From contig CM120646.1 of assembly GCA_051362555.1 (NCBI GenBank), positions 372,001-436,000 of the forward strand: a stretch of 64,000 nucleotides of DNA, in the 5' to 3' direction. The notes beneath the pieces were generated by a model. That model was not told the origin of the DNA and ran no database searches. It saw only the letters and a program-made list of their open reading frames with translations. The translations under genes were made by a program, and so were the position numbers. Source of the stretch: Lingula anatina. Its lineage: Eukaryota > Animalia > Brachiopoda. Position 1 is the first letter of the stretch. Each line of letters begins with the position of its first letter. Shown piece after piece: positions 35,379 through 49,419 of this stretch.

Positions 35379-37888
35379 TGTACACTATTTGCCATATTAG
35401 GAGTGTAAAGGATGTCTATATTAGGCCAAAATGTCTTTATTTGGAAATTTGTTAAAGACAGAGCACAGTCTGGATAGTAGCAGCTTTAAAAGAAACAGAA
35501 CAAGAAATGTACATATCATGTTTGCTGCTTCAAGGAGACCCAAGTTCTGCCAATGTGTATGTATTTGAAACAGGACAGTATTTAGTTGTGCTGTGAAGTT
35601 TAGATCTCTATCATTCTGCTCTTGTGTGAACACGGCATTGTAAGGTGAAAATGGACAGCATCCAAACAAATGGATAGTAAGCTCAAGTTCTATTCTAATG
35701 AAGGCTGATTGCAATTCATCAAATATATATTGCAAATATCACCTACTATTGACTCTGTACAAAGTTTTTGCAATCAAAATGTATCTTTTGTTGCGTTAAA
35801 GCAATAGATAAATAGAATAGATAAATAGAATAATAAGAGAACAAGAGTGAGCGAAGTGTGCAAATGGAGGCTGTTTGTTGTTTTAACATTACCAGGTATG
35901 AAGTTGATCTCTAAGGTGTCTTTTGCTGATCAGAAGCAAAGTGTCATACCTGATCTGTAACAAGAATAGAACAAGATTGACCCAAGTGGGTGTGTCCTGG
36001 ACCAAGTGGGTGTGTCCTGGTTGATGGACAGGAGATGTTGCTGTCAATCATAGGCCTTACAAGGTGGGATGTAATGGGAGCAATCATTCATTGTTTACAG
36101 CTGTGATTTGAAAGTGGCTTATACATCAATATATATCTATACCTATACATTATATAATATTATTATTATTATTATTATCTCACTCTGAGCTTTAGACAAT
36201 GAAATGTATATATTATATGGAAAAAGATTTATCCTTGCTTTTTAGTTGGACTTCTTAGGTATTTGTCAGTCTTCTCAGTGCCCCTGCACAAAAATGGAGG
36301 GTTTTTTAGTCTCCTTTTTTAAGCAGTTTCATATGGTCTAAGAGATGGGAATTTCTGGTTGATAATTTAATTTGAGTACATGTATTTTAGCTGGACTGGG
36401 AGTTTTAGAGTATTTATTAAGATAGAGATACTTTCCCACAGTGGACACTACTGACATCATGCTGTGGCCGTTCTGTAAAATTCCTCCCTTTGTATGTGTC
36501 TTCTGCCATGCAGAAACACAGCTCTTCAAATGCCAAAAAATTGACATAATCTTAAGTCTCATGAACTAATTTGTTAGAACATCTGTGACACAAAGTGTAC
36601 CACCAAGAATGAGATGCAACTTAGGATAAAGTACTTTGGGTACCCTAGAATTGTGAAAATAGTAAACCTCACTGTAGCAGTAGCTGCTAAAGATATTCAG
36701 CTTTTACTAAGGGCCAGTGCCTTCTGTGAAATGTTTTATTCCCAACTGATATAATTTTACAGAAAAATATATTTTAACTTATAAGATTCAGACAAAATTA
36801 TTGAATCATATTTCCCAAAATGTTTCTTACAGATGATTGAACAAAACAAAACTGAAATACTTTCAGAGGTGATTGAACAATTCTAAAGAGCAAGCTGACT
36901 TCACTTTGTTGCTTTATCTGACTCCTTCTAAGACATATCTTAAAATATTTTTTCTACTTCATGAACAAAGGAAGAAAGTCCAGAAGAAAGAAAGAACTGG
37001 CTTAGAGCATGGCTTATCCTCTCTGCAGGTGGAGGGTGGGGTGGAGAGGGTGTGGAGGGTGGGGTGGGTGTGGGGGGTTGTATATTCAATGGACATGGGG
37101 AGGACCACAGAGCAGGGGGCTGGGAGGGGGTAGATAATGGGTACCTAAATCTCTTTACACAGTATAGGTATGAAACTGTTCCTGGTTTCTCACTAGCTGT
37201 ACATTTTACAGTATTTGTGTCCCACACAGTTAAGGGTTGAAAAAAGGAGACATTACAAACCACTGAAATTAAGCCAACCCTTATTTACTTCTGTGGAGGG
37301 GAAGGCCTTACCACCCCCCCCCCCCCCCAACCCTTCACTACCCCTCACTACCCCTTTACCATTGATCTGAATAAGTAGAATTCATGATATGTACATGTAC
37401 TCTAGTTATACTTGTTTTCACATAAATTGAAGAAAGTGCATCACAGTGACTTTGGTTTGGGAATATTATGGTTTTCACATTATGGTTTATCTTGCACTCA
37501 TTGTATACTTAGCTTTGAACAAAGATAGGTGACCTGGTCATATCTCTTGACCTTTGGGACAGACGATGTTAATTACTCACAAAATACTCTCATCTCACCT
37601 GTTCCAAGTTATCCTATTTCCATGATTCATCCATTTTGATTACTTGGTTAAGAAAATACATTTAGACATTAAATCAACTGACTTTATATCATCTTGTTTA
37701 TGTATTACCATAATGACATCATGTTTGGAAAATTTATTTAATCAGTTTTCTAAGAATCTTGTGAGTAATTAGCAAACAGTGTGTTTAACGCCATTCATTG
37801 TTGGAGAGAAGTTTTTATGGCAGAGGATATTAGAAGGGAAATGGAGGCAAACGTTGGAATTATACGCCAATATTTTAAAATGAAGTTG

Positions 37889-37971
37889 AATAAATTTTAA
37901 CTGACTGTGATTACAAGAAATGCATGTTTTTTATTATTTTATTTCATTTTATATTCCAGTTATTGAATAAA
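37889..37971 (+). terminator. Candidate polyadenylation signals of the PRR15-like gene
   Basis: AATAAA at 37889 and 37966 in T-rich context, where the CpG-depleted sequence ends. Confidence 0.4.
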
Positions 37972-38738
37972 CTTTCTCGCGTGATAAGAGAAGTCCAAAG
38001 TGATAAGCACTGCTGATTTCAGTGAAGAAATGTGGTGAAATAAAATATTACTTGAAAGCTTCAAATACATCTATCCTACTCGTGCCATCTCACGGTGCAC
38101 ATTCAAATGTTCGATCATTGTAATTGCTGAAACAATATAATAAAAAATTAGCGTTGTATATTCACTCATTTATGCCGATGTTACTTTTTTAAAATGGGGA
38201 TTTGTTCTTTCGCGTTATACCGACGGTAACAAAACAATACCAGCACTGATTACGCCGCAAAGTACCCTGTCAATGTCATTCATTTCAGTCGTGCCCCCCC
38301 CCCCCCCTCCCCCCAAGGGAAAAACCTCCAAAAAAGATCCAGGGATAAAAATCATCAGACCTCAGAAAGACGAGCCCCATTCACTATCACAATACTGATG
38401 CACGTGGTTAGCACTTAGTCTTGTTCGACACAAGCCAGGGCGTTCTTCTTTCATAATATGAAGATTGATGGGGACCTTTTACAACTGTCACCCTTTTCAG
38501 GCTGCTCTCAGGGCGACAATGGCGGGGTCTTTGTTGGTGTGTCAGCGCGACCTGCCTTTTTTTTATACCGCTCGAAGTGCTCAGCTTGTATTACCTGTAC
38601 TGTGAGCTGGTATTGTATTGCTATTACCAGTGCTGTAATCTTGATAACAACTGACACACAATCTTCTCCACTCCATCCGTGGCCCTGAAGGTGTTACTGA
38701 TAGCCTCTACCAGGGCTACAGGTGGATCTATCGCTATA

Positions 38739-38953
38739 TATTCACAAATATGTCTCTGGCAATTCATGGCAATTTTTTACTGTCCAAGTAGAATTTTGAT
38801 ATAAAATTAATTAAATCACTCAGTTGACCTTTGGTAAAGAGTATGTTATTCACAAATGTCTCTGGCAATTCATGGCAATTTTTTACTGTCCAAGTGGAAT
38901 TTTGATATAAAATTAATTAAATCACTCAGTTGACCTTTGGTAAAGAGTATGTT
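38739..38953. repeat. About 108-bp tandem duplication (2 copies)
   Basis: TATTCACAAAT...GGTAAAGAGTATGTT repeated at 38739 and 38847. Confidence 0.9.
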
Positions 38954-41900
38954 TCAGAGCACTGGCATAAAATTAGCTGTTTCCAGTTTGCATTATTTTA
39001 GTTTCATTTCCTGAAAACGGCCTGGGTGAGCAGGTCACATCAGAGTTCCAATAGCTTTAATAGCCTCAAGGTGTTGGTTATGATTTCTGGATGACGTCAT
39101 TCGTGCTTACGTAAGACTTTGAAACATGATGTGACTACATGTATGGACGATAATGGTCGCAAACATTCGAAGTCGAGAAATTGAGAGATTTATTGTTTGT
39201 CGTGCTACCAAACGCTAATACTGCGTCGAAACGTGGAACAGTACTGGAACTCGTGGAAATGAAATACAGTTGACAACCTTATAATTTTTTGTATTTTTAG
39301 AAATTTAAAAATTTTGAAAAAAAAAAAGAAAAAACAAGAAGGTGGGGAGGGGAGAGGGTCACTGGCTTGGCTTGACAACCTTATAATTTTTTTTTTTTTT
39401 TTTTTTTTTTTTTTGTATTTTTAGAAATTTAAGAATTATGAAAAAACAAGAAGTTGGGGAGGGTGGTGAAAGAGGAGCTTGTACGCAAATGTCGAAAATG
39501 GATGATGACAGAAATAAGAATTATTATTGTGATTTGTGCCATTAAATCTTCGTTTTGAGAGAAATTCTGGGCCGTTACGTAAAATGATATAGGCACAGAG
39601 CGTAGATGAACACATATTCAGTGGTACGTCAAAAGGCATGACCTGGAGATATGACAGAGTTTGCATTTGAAAAGCATAATTCTGGTCCGCTGCAATTTTA
39701 CTCCCAATTTAATTTTAACAAAAACATATCACGTTGCCCAGAAGGATATACTGGAGCTAAATAACGTGGTTGAAAGAAATTCTATCCTTCGTAACTCCAT
39801 AAAAAATAAACGGGGGTATTCATCATAACCAATGGATTAAACCATTGAATATGACTAAGGCATAATGCGTAGCATGACGACTAGTTATGCTCACCTCTTG
39901 CGCAAGAAAACATTTTATCATTTTCTCATTATTGCCGATCCAGCAAATTAAGCACAGATTAGCCAAAACATTTTGGGGCGTAAGCATTTCTATCAGCAAG
40001 CTGCCGTCTCAAAATGTGGTATTTAACTCCACTTAAGCTGGGGAAGATATTTAAGTTATGAAGTTCTATGATTGATATTGACGCGAACTTATTCTCTCCA
40101 CACTTTTTCGGATTTTGTTCAATGAGTTATTCATCTTAATTAAGGGTGCATGGCCACCTAAATTTTACCTCACGACGGGAACTACGTTTTACCAAATTTT
40201 CGTCTTGTCTTGATGACTGCAAATTCTCCGGACTGCCAGGGACCCAGTTTTAGGTTTTAGGGTCACAAAAATTAACGTTTTACATTTCTAAAAAAAAAAA
40301 AAAACAAACAAAACATGATCTCAGATAATTAATACTGCTCAGTAAAGTGACTCAGTCGAATGGGTTTGCTTTGAAAAGAAGATTAACCGAAAAAAATGAA
40401 GGAATGAGTCAGATGTGGTTACATGAAAATTGATATTTCACAACATATTTCACTGTTTAGATTTGTTTTTCGTGTTTTTCCTTTCAAACACAATAATGGT
40501 TTTCAGTGGTTTAGAAATGGTACAAGCAACTGTTCTAGACAATTACCTGTGAAAAATGGTTAACTTCCTTCCGCTGATTCACAAAGTAGAAGAAAATCCC
40601 CCACAAACTTTCCCTGTGAACCGTCGCAGAATAACTAACTGATATGGACGAAAACACCAGTAATTTCATGTAATCATACAGACATTGGTCTAGAAACAAA
40701 GTTGTGAATTATTGCCATGGCAGTCTCTACGTACACAAGAACTCGAAAACTAACTTGAAAGGGAAAAAAACGCGTTCAAAGAGGTACAACCTCGGGGAAA
40801 AGCGCGTTAAAACGTTGTTATTTTTTTTCGGAAAGAAAATTACAGAAAACAAGTGAACTTCTTTAAGGGCAAAGCTTTGTCCACTGTTGTTTTTTGCTTT
40901 CTGTTGGTCTGTTCCTGACCAGTCCGAGGCTCTCGAAAATCCCTCCGTGACAGTTTGTGTGATCACCGCACAGGTTTAGGGGTTGATTCTGTCGTAACAC
41001 GCTTCATGCCAACACATCGTGAAGGAACAAAACGTAAACTATCGTCCTCTCCCTCCTTAGCGCGGGTCAATTCCCTGTTCACTGTGCCACTGATAGTCCA
41101 CGAAATTGGAATATTGCGACATATGTATAAAAAGAAAGATGTATAGTTCATGCTCCACACCAATATTTAGTATAGTATGGTCAAAGTAAAAATACGTCTA
41201 TTCCTTGCTATGGTGGACCATCACGGGTTCAGCTTGCACTATAAAGTAGACCAGAAATTTCGGGCTTACAGTTAACACCGACTTTCATTCTGAAGATAAT
41301 ATGTACAGAGAAAACTAAGAGACAGTGTAACAGAGAGTCAGCTCGCCATTAGATTCATATAGGTTAGGGTCAGCGTGACGTAGTGACGTGACTTAGTGTC
41401 TCAATATTTTGGACGGGGTGTCCCTGTACAAGTCAAAGGGATCCGGCCCCTATGTCATACTGACCACAGGGGGCTCTGTTGACGTGACACCGGACGCTGG
41501 TCTATAACAAGGTGAGATTTGCTTAACTTTAATTAGTTGATCCAACACGTGAGTCACCAGAGTCAGCGTCAGGTGACAATTGTCGTCTGCTTTGTAAAAC
41601 CGCCGCGATCTGTGGATAATGTGCAAGAAGAGGAAGCGAAAGAGGGAAAACCCTATGACTAATATGATTTTCTGTTATCCATGGGCGTTGCCTTAGAGAA
41701 GAGGGGAAACAGAAAGGGGAGGGTACTTTTTCAAATAAGATAAAGAATGAAAAAAAAAAACATTTCAATTCAATGTTTAATCTTTCATTTAAGATTTTGA
41801 CAAAACCAATATACTAATAATAATAATAATAATGTCACTCAAAATATTTTGGAATCAAGGATAAAGCCCAGCCTGGAGTGTAGAAGGTATATAGTTCCAA

Positions 41901-42516
41901 ACATAGAACTCTGTGCATGTACTTATTCACTCCTTCGTTGGATTATTTGTCTAAATTGATATGCCCCCTGTCCATATTATCAAACATTAGCCACTAATAC
42001 ATATAGCTCAAACATTTCTCATCATCATTATTTGATTGTCTTTTTTATTTTTATTCACTTATCTGCGGGGAATCCTGGATTGGAAAATGAATAATTTTTC
42101 AGAAAATAGCAGAATCATGTAATTAACGAAAAAGTGTCCACGCTTTTTTTCCACATCTTAAAAGATTTAATCCAGATCGGCTTCCGGAATTTCTATACTT
42201 AATCAGCATAACTCAAACGTAAGACCTCCATATAGGATTCGTTCAAAGCTTTACTCTGAGTGTACTAAAACTCCTGGTTAGTTCATCTGGAGGAAGCTCT
42301 ATTGAACGCGAGCTGTTTAAACAGTCTAAATGAAGTCAATCACGTTGATAACCTCTCACTAAACTCTTGAAAGGATTGAGGCAGGTCTATAATACCCAAG
42401 GTCAACAGGACTCAATCCTGTCATTACACTCCAGCCCAGGGTGCTCCTGTGTCAAGACGTAATCCAACCCCTCTGTGTCAACTTTCAGGATTTTAGGAGT
42501 AGGATTTCAGAAATAA

Positions 42517-42748
42517 GACCCCATTCCCATACCTAGATCGATCTAGTGGGATCGGTCCATCGCCGAGGGGATTTACGCTAAATTGCACTCAGCTTAAGCG
42601 GCTTAGATGTCTGGAACCACTGAAGATGGTAGAGGGTAATTAACTATCGTTTAGCAGCTTCAGTAGGCGTGCCAGACATCTAAGCCACTTAAGATGAAAG
42701 CAATTTAGCGAGAATCCCCTAGATCGATCTATGTATGGGAATGGGGTT
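42517..42748. mobile_element. Palindromic relative of the same MITE family (copy D)
   Basis: TIR GACCCCATTCCCATAC.TAGATCGATCTAG, internal inverted arms, shared core GAGGGTAATTAACTA. Confidence 0.78.
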
Positions 42749-45700
42749 TTAGGTCTTGACTGCTGCGTCTTGTGGACAGAGGACGCTGCTGTGGACGGGG
42801 TTTGGCTGACACTGGCTGCAGGGTTGTCGTATATGATATATTCTACAGACATCAACTGGATACTGTGGCATATGAGAGTACATATCTACGTATGACAAGT
42901 GGTTTCTTAACCCGGGGAAGTTTGTTACCTTTTGTATAACATTACTGTATAATCTTTGTGATAAATACACGATTCCTGAATAGGAATTTCTCATTATTAT
43001 TATAAGTCTAAATAAAGATAAACCTATGGTATATTTTCACCGGATGCAAGTACACAGGGGGATTTTATAGGCTGTTATTTTTCCAGAAAGATTGGAAACA
43101 ATCAAAAGATAATTATAAACAATCACCAAATTCAAACACAGCAGTAAACAGAAGTCATGACACCGCCTTCTTAGTCAACATAAAAACGTGATGATTCCAA
43201 ACAATAAGTTTTTATGTAAACAAATGTCAATTTTCATCTAAGTTTAGACAAAAAAATCGACGCACTCAGCATAAAGATAATAGATTGATGACTGCTTCGA
43301 TGTGTACATTTAGGCCCTCTAGTGTAAAAATGAAATGAAGTCACCATACTTTGTGGGAACGTAGATGTACAAAAAGGACAATTTTTGGTAAGAAATGAAG
43401 CACGTTTTTTGATCGATAAGATTAAAATGGTTTGAATATTTCAGTTTTTATCAGTAACGAAACGCAGGATTTGAAAATGTCGTGCCAGACAGCGTGTGGG
43501 TGGAGGGAAACCCGGAATGTTGACTAAAGTCTTAGGAAAGTATTGGGTGGTTGATGACATTTCAGTTTTGATAAATAGCACGCATCCATGGAGTAATGTG
43601 TCTACCGTACTCGTGGTATCAGCTGTCATTATATATATTTTATGTTACATAACATAAGACTTACCTCTCACTATTGAAAACACCATAATTTGGCCTACGT
43701 GGTGTAATATTACATAGTGCTTTTTTGTCATTTGAATGACTTGAATGGCACTGAACTTTTTGCGATGATTGTTTCACTTGGTAAATATTTCATACGGCTG
43801 TTGGCATGATGGATGGCAAGTTATGAAATATTTATTGTTTGAGCAATTTTAACGATAATTTGGCCTATACTGACTATAGTTCGCTGAGACCTAGGCCTAC
43901 ACTTGCAGCATATTATTTCATTTTTTTTACTTAAACAATTCATAAAAGATTTGTCATCTCGCTATCCTTATCTTAGAGTGTGTTTGCGCGTATGTGTGCG
44001 TTCGCGTGTTTGTGTATCACCAAACTCTCTTTATCTCTCCATATCAATATCAACAGGGAGCACCTTACCAAATGTCGTCTGCCGTGTGCAAGGCATGCTG
44101 GGTAATCTGTGGACGTCAAGGGCAAACAGGATTTACGACTGCAGAAATCAATGAACTCAAAATACAAACGTGCCATTCACAACAAAGTTTTTAAGGTTAA
44201 ATAAGGGAACGGCTCTTGACAACTGGATAAAAAGCTAAAGTGGAATGAAAAGATATTGCGTGAAAAACAAGTTATTCTGGTAGGCTGATGGGCCTTCATA
44301 ATGTAACCATTCGGGGGGATTTGTATTTTCCAAAAATACGTCAACTTGAGACCTTTCGTTTTATGTTGAGAAGAACAGAAACTGGTTAGGGCTCTTTTCA
44401 GTCATGGCGCCCCCTTTTGTTAAAACACTGATCATATGGATAATTTTCTTTTAGAAAACATTGATCCAACCTAAATTGGTGTATCCAGTAGGTCTACCTA
44501 CAAAATTCAGTATCCTTTCCCTAGAAATAAACATTAGAAAGAACTCAAAGGTAAATCATAATTGGTAAATCCTAGATAATTAAAAAAAACCTTGACTGAA
44601 CTTTTCTGCGTCTTACCCTGGCACGACCTTACAAAAATAAATCCCGCGTTCCCCAGTCCAGTAATGATTCCTGGGTTCATGCACAGGTCTTGTGCGCGTC
44701 CCTTGAAAGCTTTGTTAGCAAATCCTAAACATCCACCATCAACAAAACAAAGAACTAAAACTTCCCCTTATTCTTTTCATTATAATTATTCTAGTTTTAT
44801 TCTTATTTAAGAGTACCTTACGAGGTAGCACGTTCATATAAAACATACTATAGGAGTTGGACCCAATAGGAACAAGAAACTTTACACAGAGACCCCCCTG
44901 TTTAAAATTCTATACAGTACCGCATATACTGCGTTGACAATCATTTCCAACGAACTGTATTCTTTCCTTTTTTTCCAGCAGAAAATTAAGAATGCCGCGT
45001 TCCCTCAGGTGGTAATTGGAAATGGCGGCCTAGGTGTGACTTGGGTTACAAGTGGCCGGGTTAAGTGAACCGAAATGTCGAGTGAGTTTGATGAAAGAAA
45101 ACTTGTAAGTTTGAGAATATCTGTTATTTGACAGACAAAATGGCATGCACGACTTTCTGTGCAAGTGTTCCCCCTGTACCTTCTTTCAAGGGATCACTTT
45201 TGATCGGTTGCAATTAAGTAGGTATTTAGAAAAAAAGATTTATTAAAAGAGCAAGGGGACAGAGAGGCATACAGACAGAAATATAGAGCAGAAATATGTG
45301 GGATGTTTGACACTATTTGGGAAGAGTAATAATGTACAATCCTAGTGTTTATCATTTATTTATTCATAACAAATATTGTCTTATTGATCATACCAGTAAT
45401 GCCTTGATAACATTAGATCTGTGTATTCAACAGACATGACAGACACCCTTGTAGACCTGGTATGCCACACATAAAACAACTTAATTGAGAAATTTAGAAA
45501 ACTCCATTCTTTTCTATCAACTTCATCACACTTTGCACCCAGACTCTTTCAAATCAGCTTGCGTAAACAATCTTTGTTTGCATATAATTTAAAATCTGCG
45601 ACTTTTTTCATAACGTTATTAACCATAAAGATTGAGCACGTTTCCTCACTACCGCATGTGGCACTGCTCTGTTTTGTCACTTAAAAAGGGGAAATGATAC

Positions 45701-46901
45701 AATGGATTTTTGACCTGCTACAAAACTCGCTTCAAGTATTGGATTTATTTTCATTTTAGAGATTTTCAATTTTTTCGCTGAAATATCACTCGATCCCCCT
45801 GAGTTTCTGATTACTGACAGTGACTTTACCCAGCACATACCCTCATTTTTGCCAGTTGGGAACTTCATGATTTTACCAGCGAGTTAGGTAAAATTCTAGT
45901 ATATTAGCTTCAGGGTGAATGAAATGTGGATATAGTGAGCATACATATTCTTCTTTTAAATTTATACAGCGAAAGAATCGAGAAAGTCTTAAGAGAGAAA
46001 TGGGATTATTGAAATTAACAAATATCTTGTTCTATTTTAAGAGGATGGCCACATTTACCTTTGTGTGCCTTTTAATTTATTGTTTGGTTCTAAAATCTTC
46101 ATTATAACTCTGCCCGGGGGTCAACTAGGGTCACGTGATGTGAACTTTGTTTACTTCGAAACACTTCATGAACTTTGGCATGTGATGCATTAACTTGCTG
46201 ATCCCTGTGAATTATGGCATTTAGGTTTCATTAATTTTCATTAATTGTAAAAAAGAATATAAGAAAGAAGGGGTTCCTTGTCATAATGGTTCTTGATTCA
46301 CACTTTTTCCCAAAAAATTTGAATTGTTTTTGAATTTATTTTCGTATATAATGTCACATATCAACAGTCTCAGCCAAAGAATTAGGCCCTATGTCATGAA
46401 AGTATTTTGACATAATTGCACTCTACTTTTAAGTGAAAAAAACAAACAATCGAGGTTAAAATTTTAGTATCATTTTCCCACCCAAAAGTAAAATAAACCA
46501 AATATCTGAATGAAAACTAAGACAAGGAGAAACCAGTTTATTCCCTTAGGATAGAAAGTGTGCAACTTTTTGTAGACAACATCAGAGTGAACACATGCAA
46601 CAATACTAATTTTGGACCGAAAAAGTAAAACATAAATCTGATAATCTTCATGCCGCGGGGAAGAAGCTGGTTTCACTAGAGACAATATTTCAATTGACAT
46701 ATCTTTTAGGTCTGAAATAACATGGAAATTAAAACATGAATAAAGTCGTCTAGTTTCCCCGAGGCAGTACTACCAAAGCAAACCTAAATCTTTTGACCTG
46801 AAAATGTAAAACATAAATGAAATATCCTTGTTACTTCGGGGCCGATGCTGGGATTTGCTGCTGGAAACTGATTATATATCTTTCATACCCCCCCCCCCCC
46901 C

Positions 46902-46940
<39 letters not shown>

Positions 46941-47235
46941 GCTCACACAAATGAAATATCCTTTTACGTGATGACAGCTTTTGAATAAATACAAACTACT
47001 CACGCTAGCGTACTATGAGTACTATTGCCTTAAACCTAATTGTCTGATGAAAATTACACGTATTCAAAGCAAATAAATCATGCTGAACAATTTTTTTTGC
47101 AGTCCATAATATAGAATTACTCAATAAAACAAATTCTGCAAAGTCAATAACGGTAGGGATTATGACTGTCATTTTTACATGTTCATATTGATTATTAATT
47201 TTATTCGTTTTTTGATACCTTACGGTAATATCATA

Positions 47236-47461
47236 GACCCCATTTCCATAGATTTTTAGATCGATCTATCCCTGTGGGGAGTCTCACTAGATTACTGTCA
47301 GCTTGGCCGGCTTAAGCATCTGTCCCGCCTACTAAAAGCTGTAAGAGGGTAATTAACTATGGTGCCCGCTCGGCTGACTGCAATTTAGCGTGAACCCCCA
47401 GGGAGTTAGGTCGATCTAAATCTTAATTTCTAGATCGATCTAAATCTCTGGGAAAGCACCC
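47236..47461. mobile_element. Tourist/PIF-like MITE family copy C
   Basis: Shared body with copies A and B; flanked by ATA on both sides (3-bp TSD). Confidence 0.78.
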
Positions 47462-47959
47462 ATATACACGTACATCAGTCTGTCACAGCCACGGAGAGTA
47501 AAAAAATCTCTATTTGAACAGTATACACCTGAGTTTTTGTGATTTTTCTACGAAAGAATATCATTCACTCCATAAACACTATATCTCGCTGTTGAAATCT
47601 TCCCGACCTCTCCCACGCTACTCGGGAGTCAAACAGAGAAATTAATCACATTTCGCCAAAACTCGGGTCACTAAACTGAAGTCCAGTTTGTAAATTTTAA
47701 CCCTGAACTATTTACTGTAGTACTTTTATCTCTGAGCAACATCGTCACCACAGGTGATTAATCGGGTTGATGAGGCTAAAACATAACAAAATAGATAAGA
47801 TAAAATTATATTTACTTGAAGATCGGTTTTCCTTAAACGGTCTCATCACTTTGTGTTCATTGCTGACGTCCAGGGCGGCCTGAAAAACGTTTTAATCTGA
47901 ATGTAAGGAATGAGGCGCATGGGAAATTCAAGGGGAAGAAAATAATACCTAACATTGTG

Positions 47960-48212
47960 TTGTGCGTGCGCGCGCGCGCGTGTGTGTGTGTGATGAAGAA
48001 AAAGATTATGCGCGCGCGTGTCTATGTGTATGTGAGAGAGAAAGAGAGAGTGAGAGAGTATGTGGGCGCGCGCGCGCATGTGTGTATGTGTGTATGTGTG
48101 TGTGTGTGTGTGTGTGTGGGAGAGAGAGACACAGAGAGAGAGAGAGGAAAAGAGAGAGAGACAGAGGGAGGAAAAGAGAGAGAGACAGAGGGAGGAAAAG
48201 AGAGACAGAGAG
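47960..48212. repeat. Compound (GC)n/(GT)n/(GA)n low-complexity repeat
   Basis: Direct inspection. Confidence 0.9.
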
Positions 48213-48221
48213 TTGGGAGCG

Positions 48222-48358
48222 CTCGCCCGTAGTTAGTGGGTGGGGGTCGAAAGATTTATGTAAATCTTATCTAGGTACCCGAAGGTTTCATGGTAAAAGG
48301 TCCACATTTTCAGAAAAAGACCCCCCCCCCCCTTTTGAAATTGCTGGCTACGGGTCTG
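48222..48358. mobile_element. Second copy (inverted) of the CAGGCCCGTAG MITE family
   Basis: Reverse complement of the TCTTTTTCTGAAAA.GTGGACCTTTT core; GGAGCG direct repeat on both flanks. A third family-like start (CAGGGCCGTAGCC + G-run) begins near 63953. Confidence 0.65.
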
Positions 48359-49384
48359 GGAGCGGAAGTAGGGCACGGAGAGTACTGCTACCAAAACGTG
48401 AACTGCCTGACCACAAGTCTACCGTTTACATCCCAAGTTCAATGTTTTACTGAAAACTAACCCATAGAACTGTGAAACTGGGGCTGATCCATTTGCTTCT
48501 CAATTGAGATATATATTCATACATAGCAAAACGAGCAATGCTATGATGAAAACTGCCGTCAGCACATACAATAATTGCTAATTATACTGATGGCTCTTAT
48601 CAAACCACGATGACGTGAAACATTGTGCAACATATGGCGCTAGGTACGGGTCATGTAACAACAGCGTGTTTTATGAAGCTATTTCTAATGTCGCTTACAT
48701 TAACCATAACAATTAGTGTGATAGTAAGCCTTTTATGTTTTATACACTATCTTTACCAATAGAACAAAACATTTCTGGGTGGGATCACGCATTTCAAAGT
48801 AACAGCAAGTTGAAAGATGCATTTGTTTCAAACCATGATCAATGTATCCCGTCATGATGAATTATATATTTTATATAATTCTCTGAATTATTGCTAAACA
48901 TTTGTATTTCTTACATAGTGTGCATGTAACTCCGCACTATTGGCAAAAATGGAGACGGGTGGGAGAACAGAGCGACCAGATCGGCTGACTGCGGTGAACT
49001 AATCGTAACAAGGTCCACCTAACTTATCAGGGAACATGACTTTTAAAAAAGGGACATCTGTCTGTAGAATAACGCCGAGCGTTTCCTGGGTCCCCGGCTA
49101 GCGTGACAAGAACCCATAAGACCTCCACCACATCCTTACTAATGCGGGGAAACGTGCCGAAAATACTGATAAATTTTCAATAGGAGGAACTTATCTGAAA
49201 TTAAAGAAGAAAATTGTTTATTTCTTAACTTTTGTTGCTGAACTTTTGACTTTGGTCATACACGAGCAAACAATTGTAGGGAATTACTTAAGAGGTTGGT
49301 CTCTGTAATTTGTGCCCAGGGGGTCTTAGAGAGAGAAAACCCGCGTGTCTGTAATGTAGAGTGAACAGAGGACACCGGCTTATA

Positions 49385-49419
<35 letters not shown>

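Noticed and set aside
38213-38650. Possible degenerate inverted-repeat element (ACAATACCAGC / GCTGGTATTGT)
   Set aside because: Only an 11-bp match, with no defined termini or TSD.
42640-42994. Short minus-strand ORFs
   Set aside because: They overlap or abut a MITE and have no recognisable homology or exon partners.
47846-48453. ORFs rich in RA/CV/ER repeats
   Set aside because: Translations of dinucleotide microsatellites plus a MITE.
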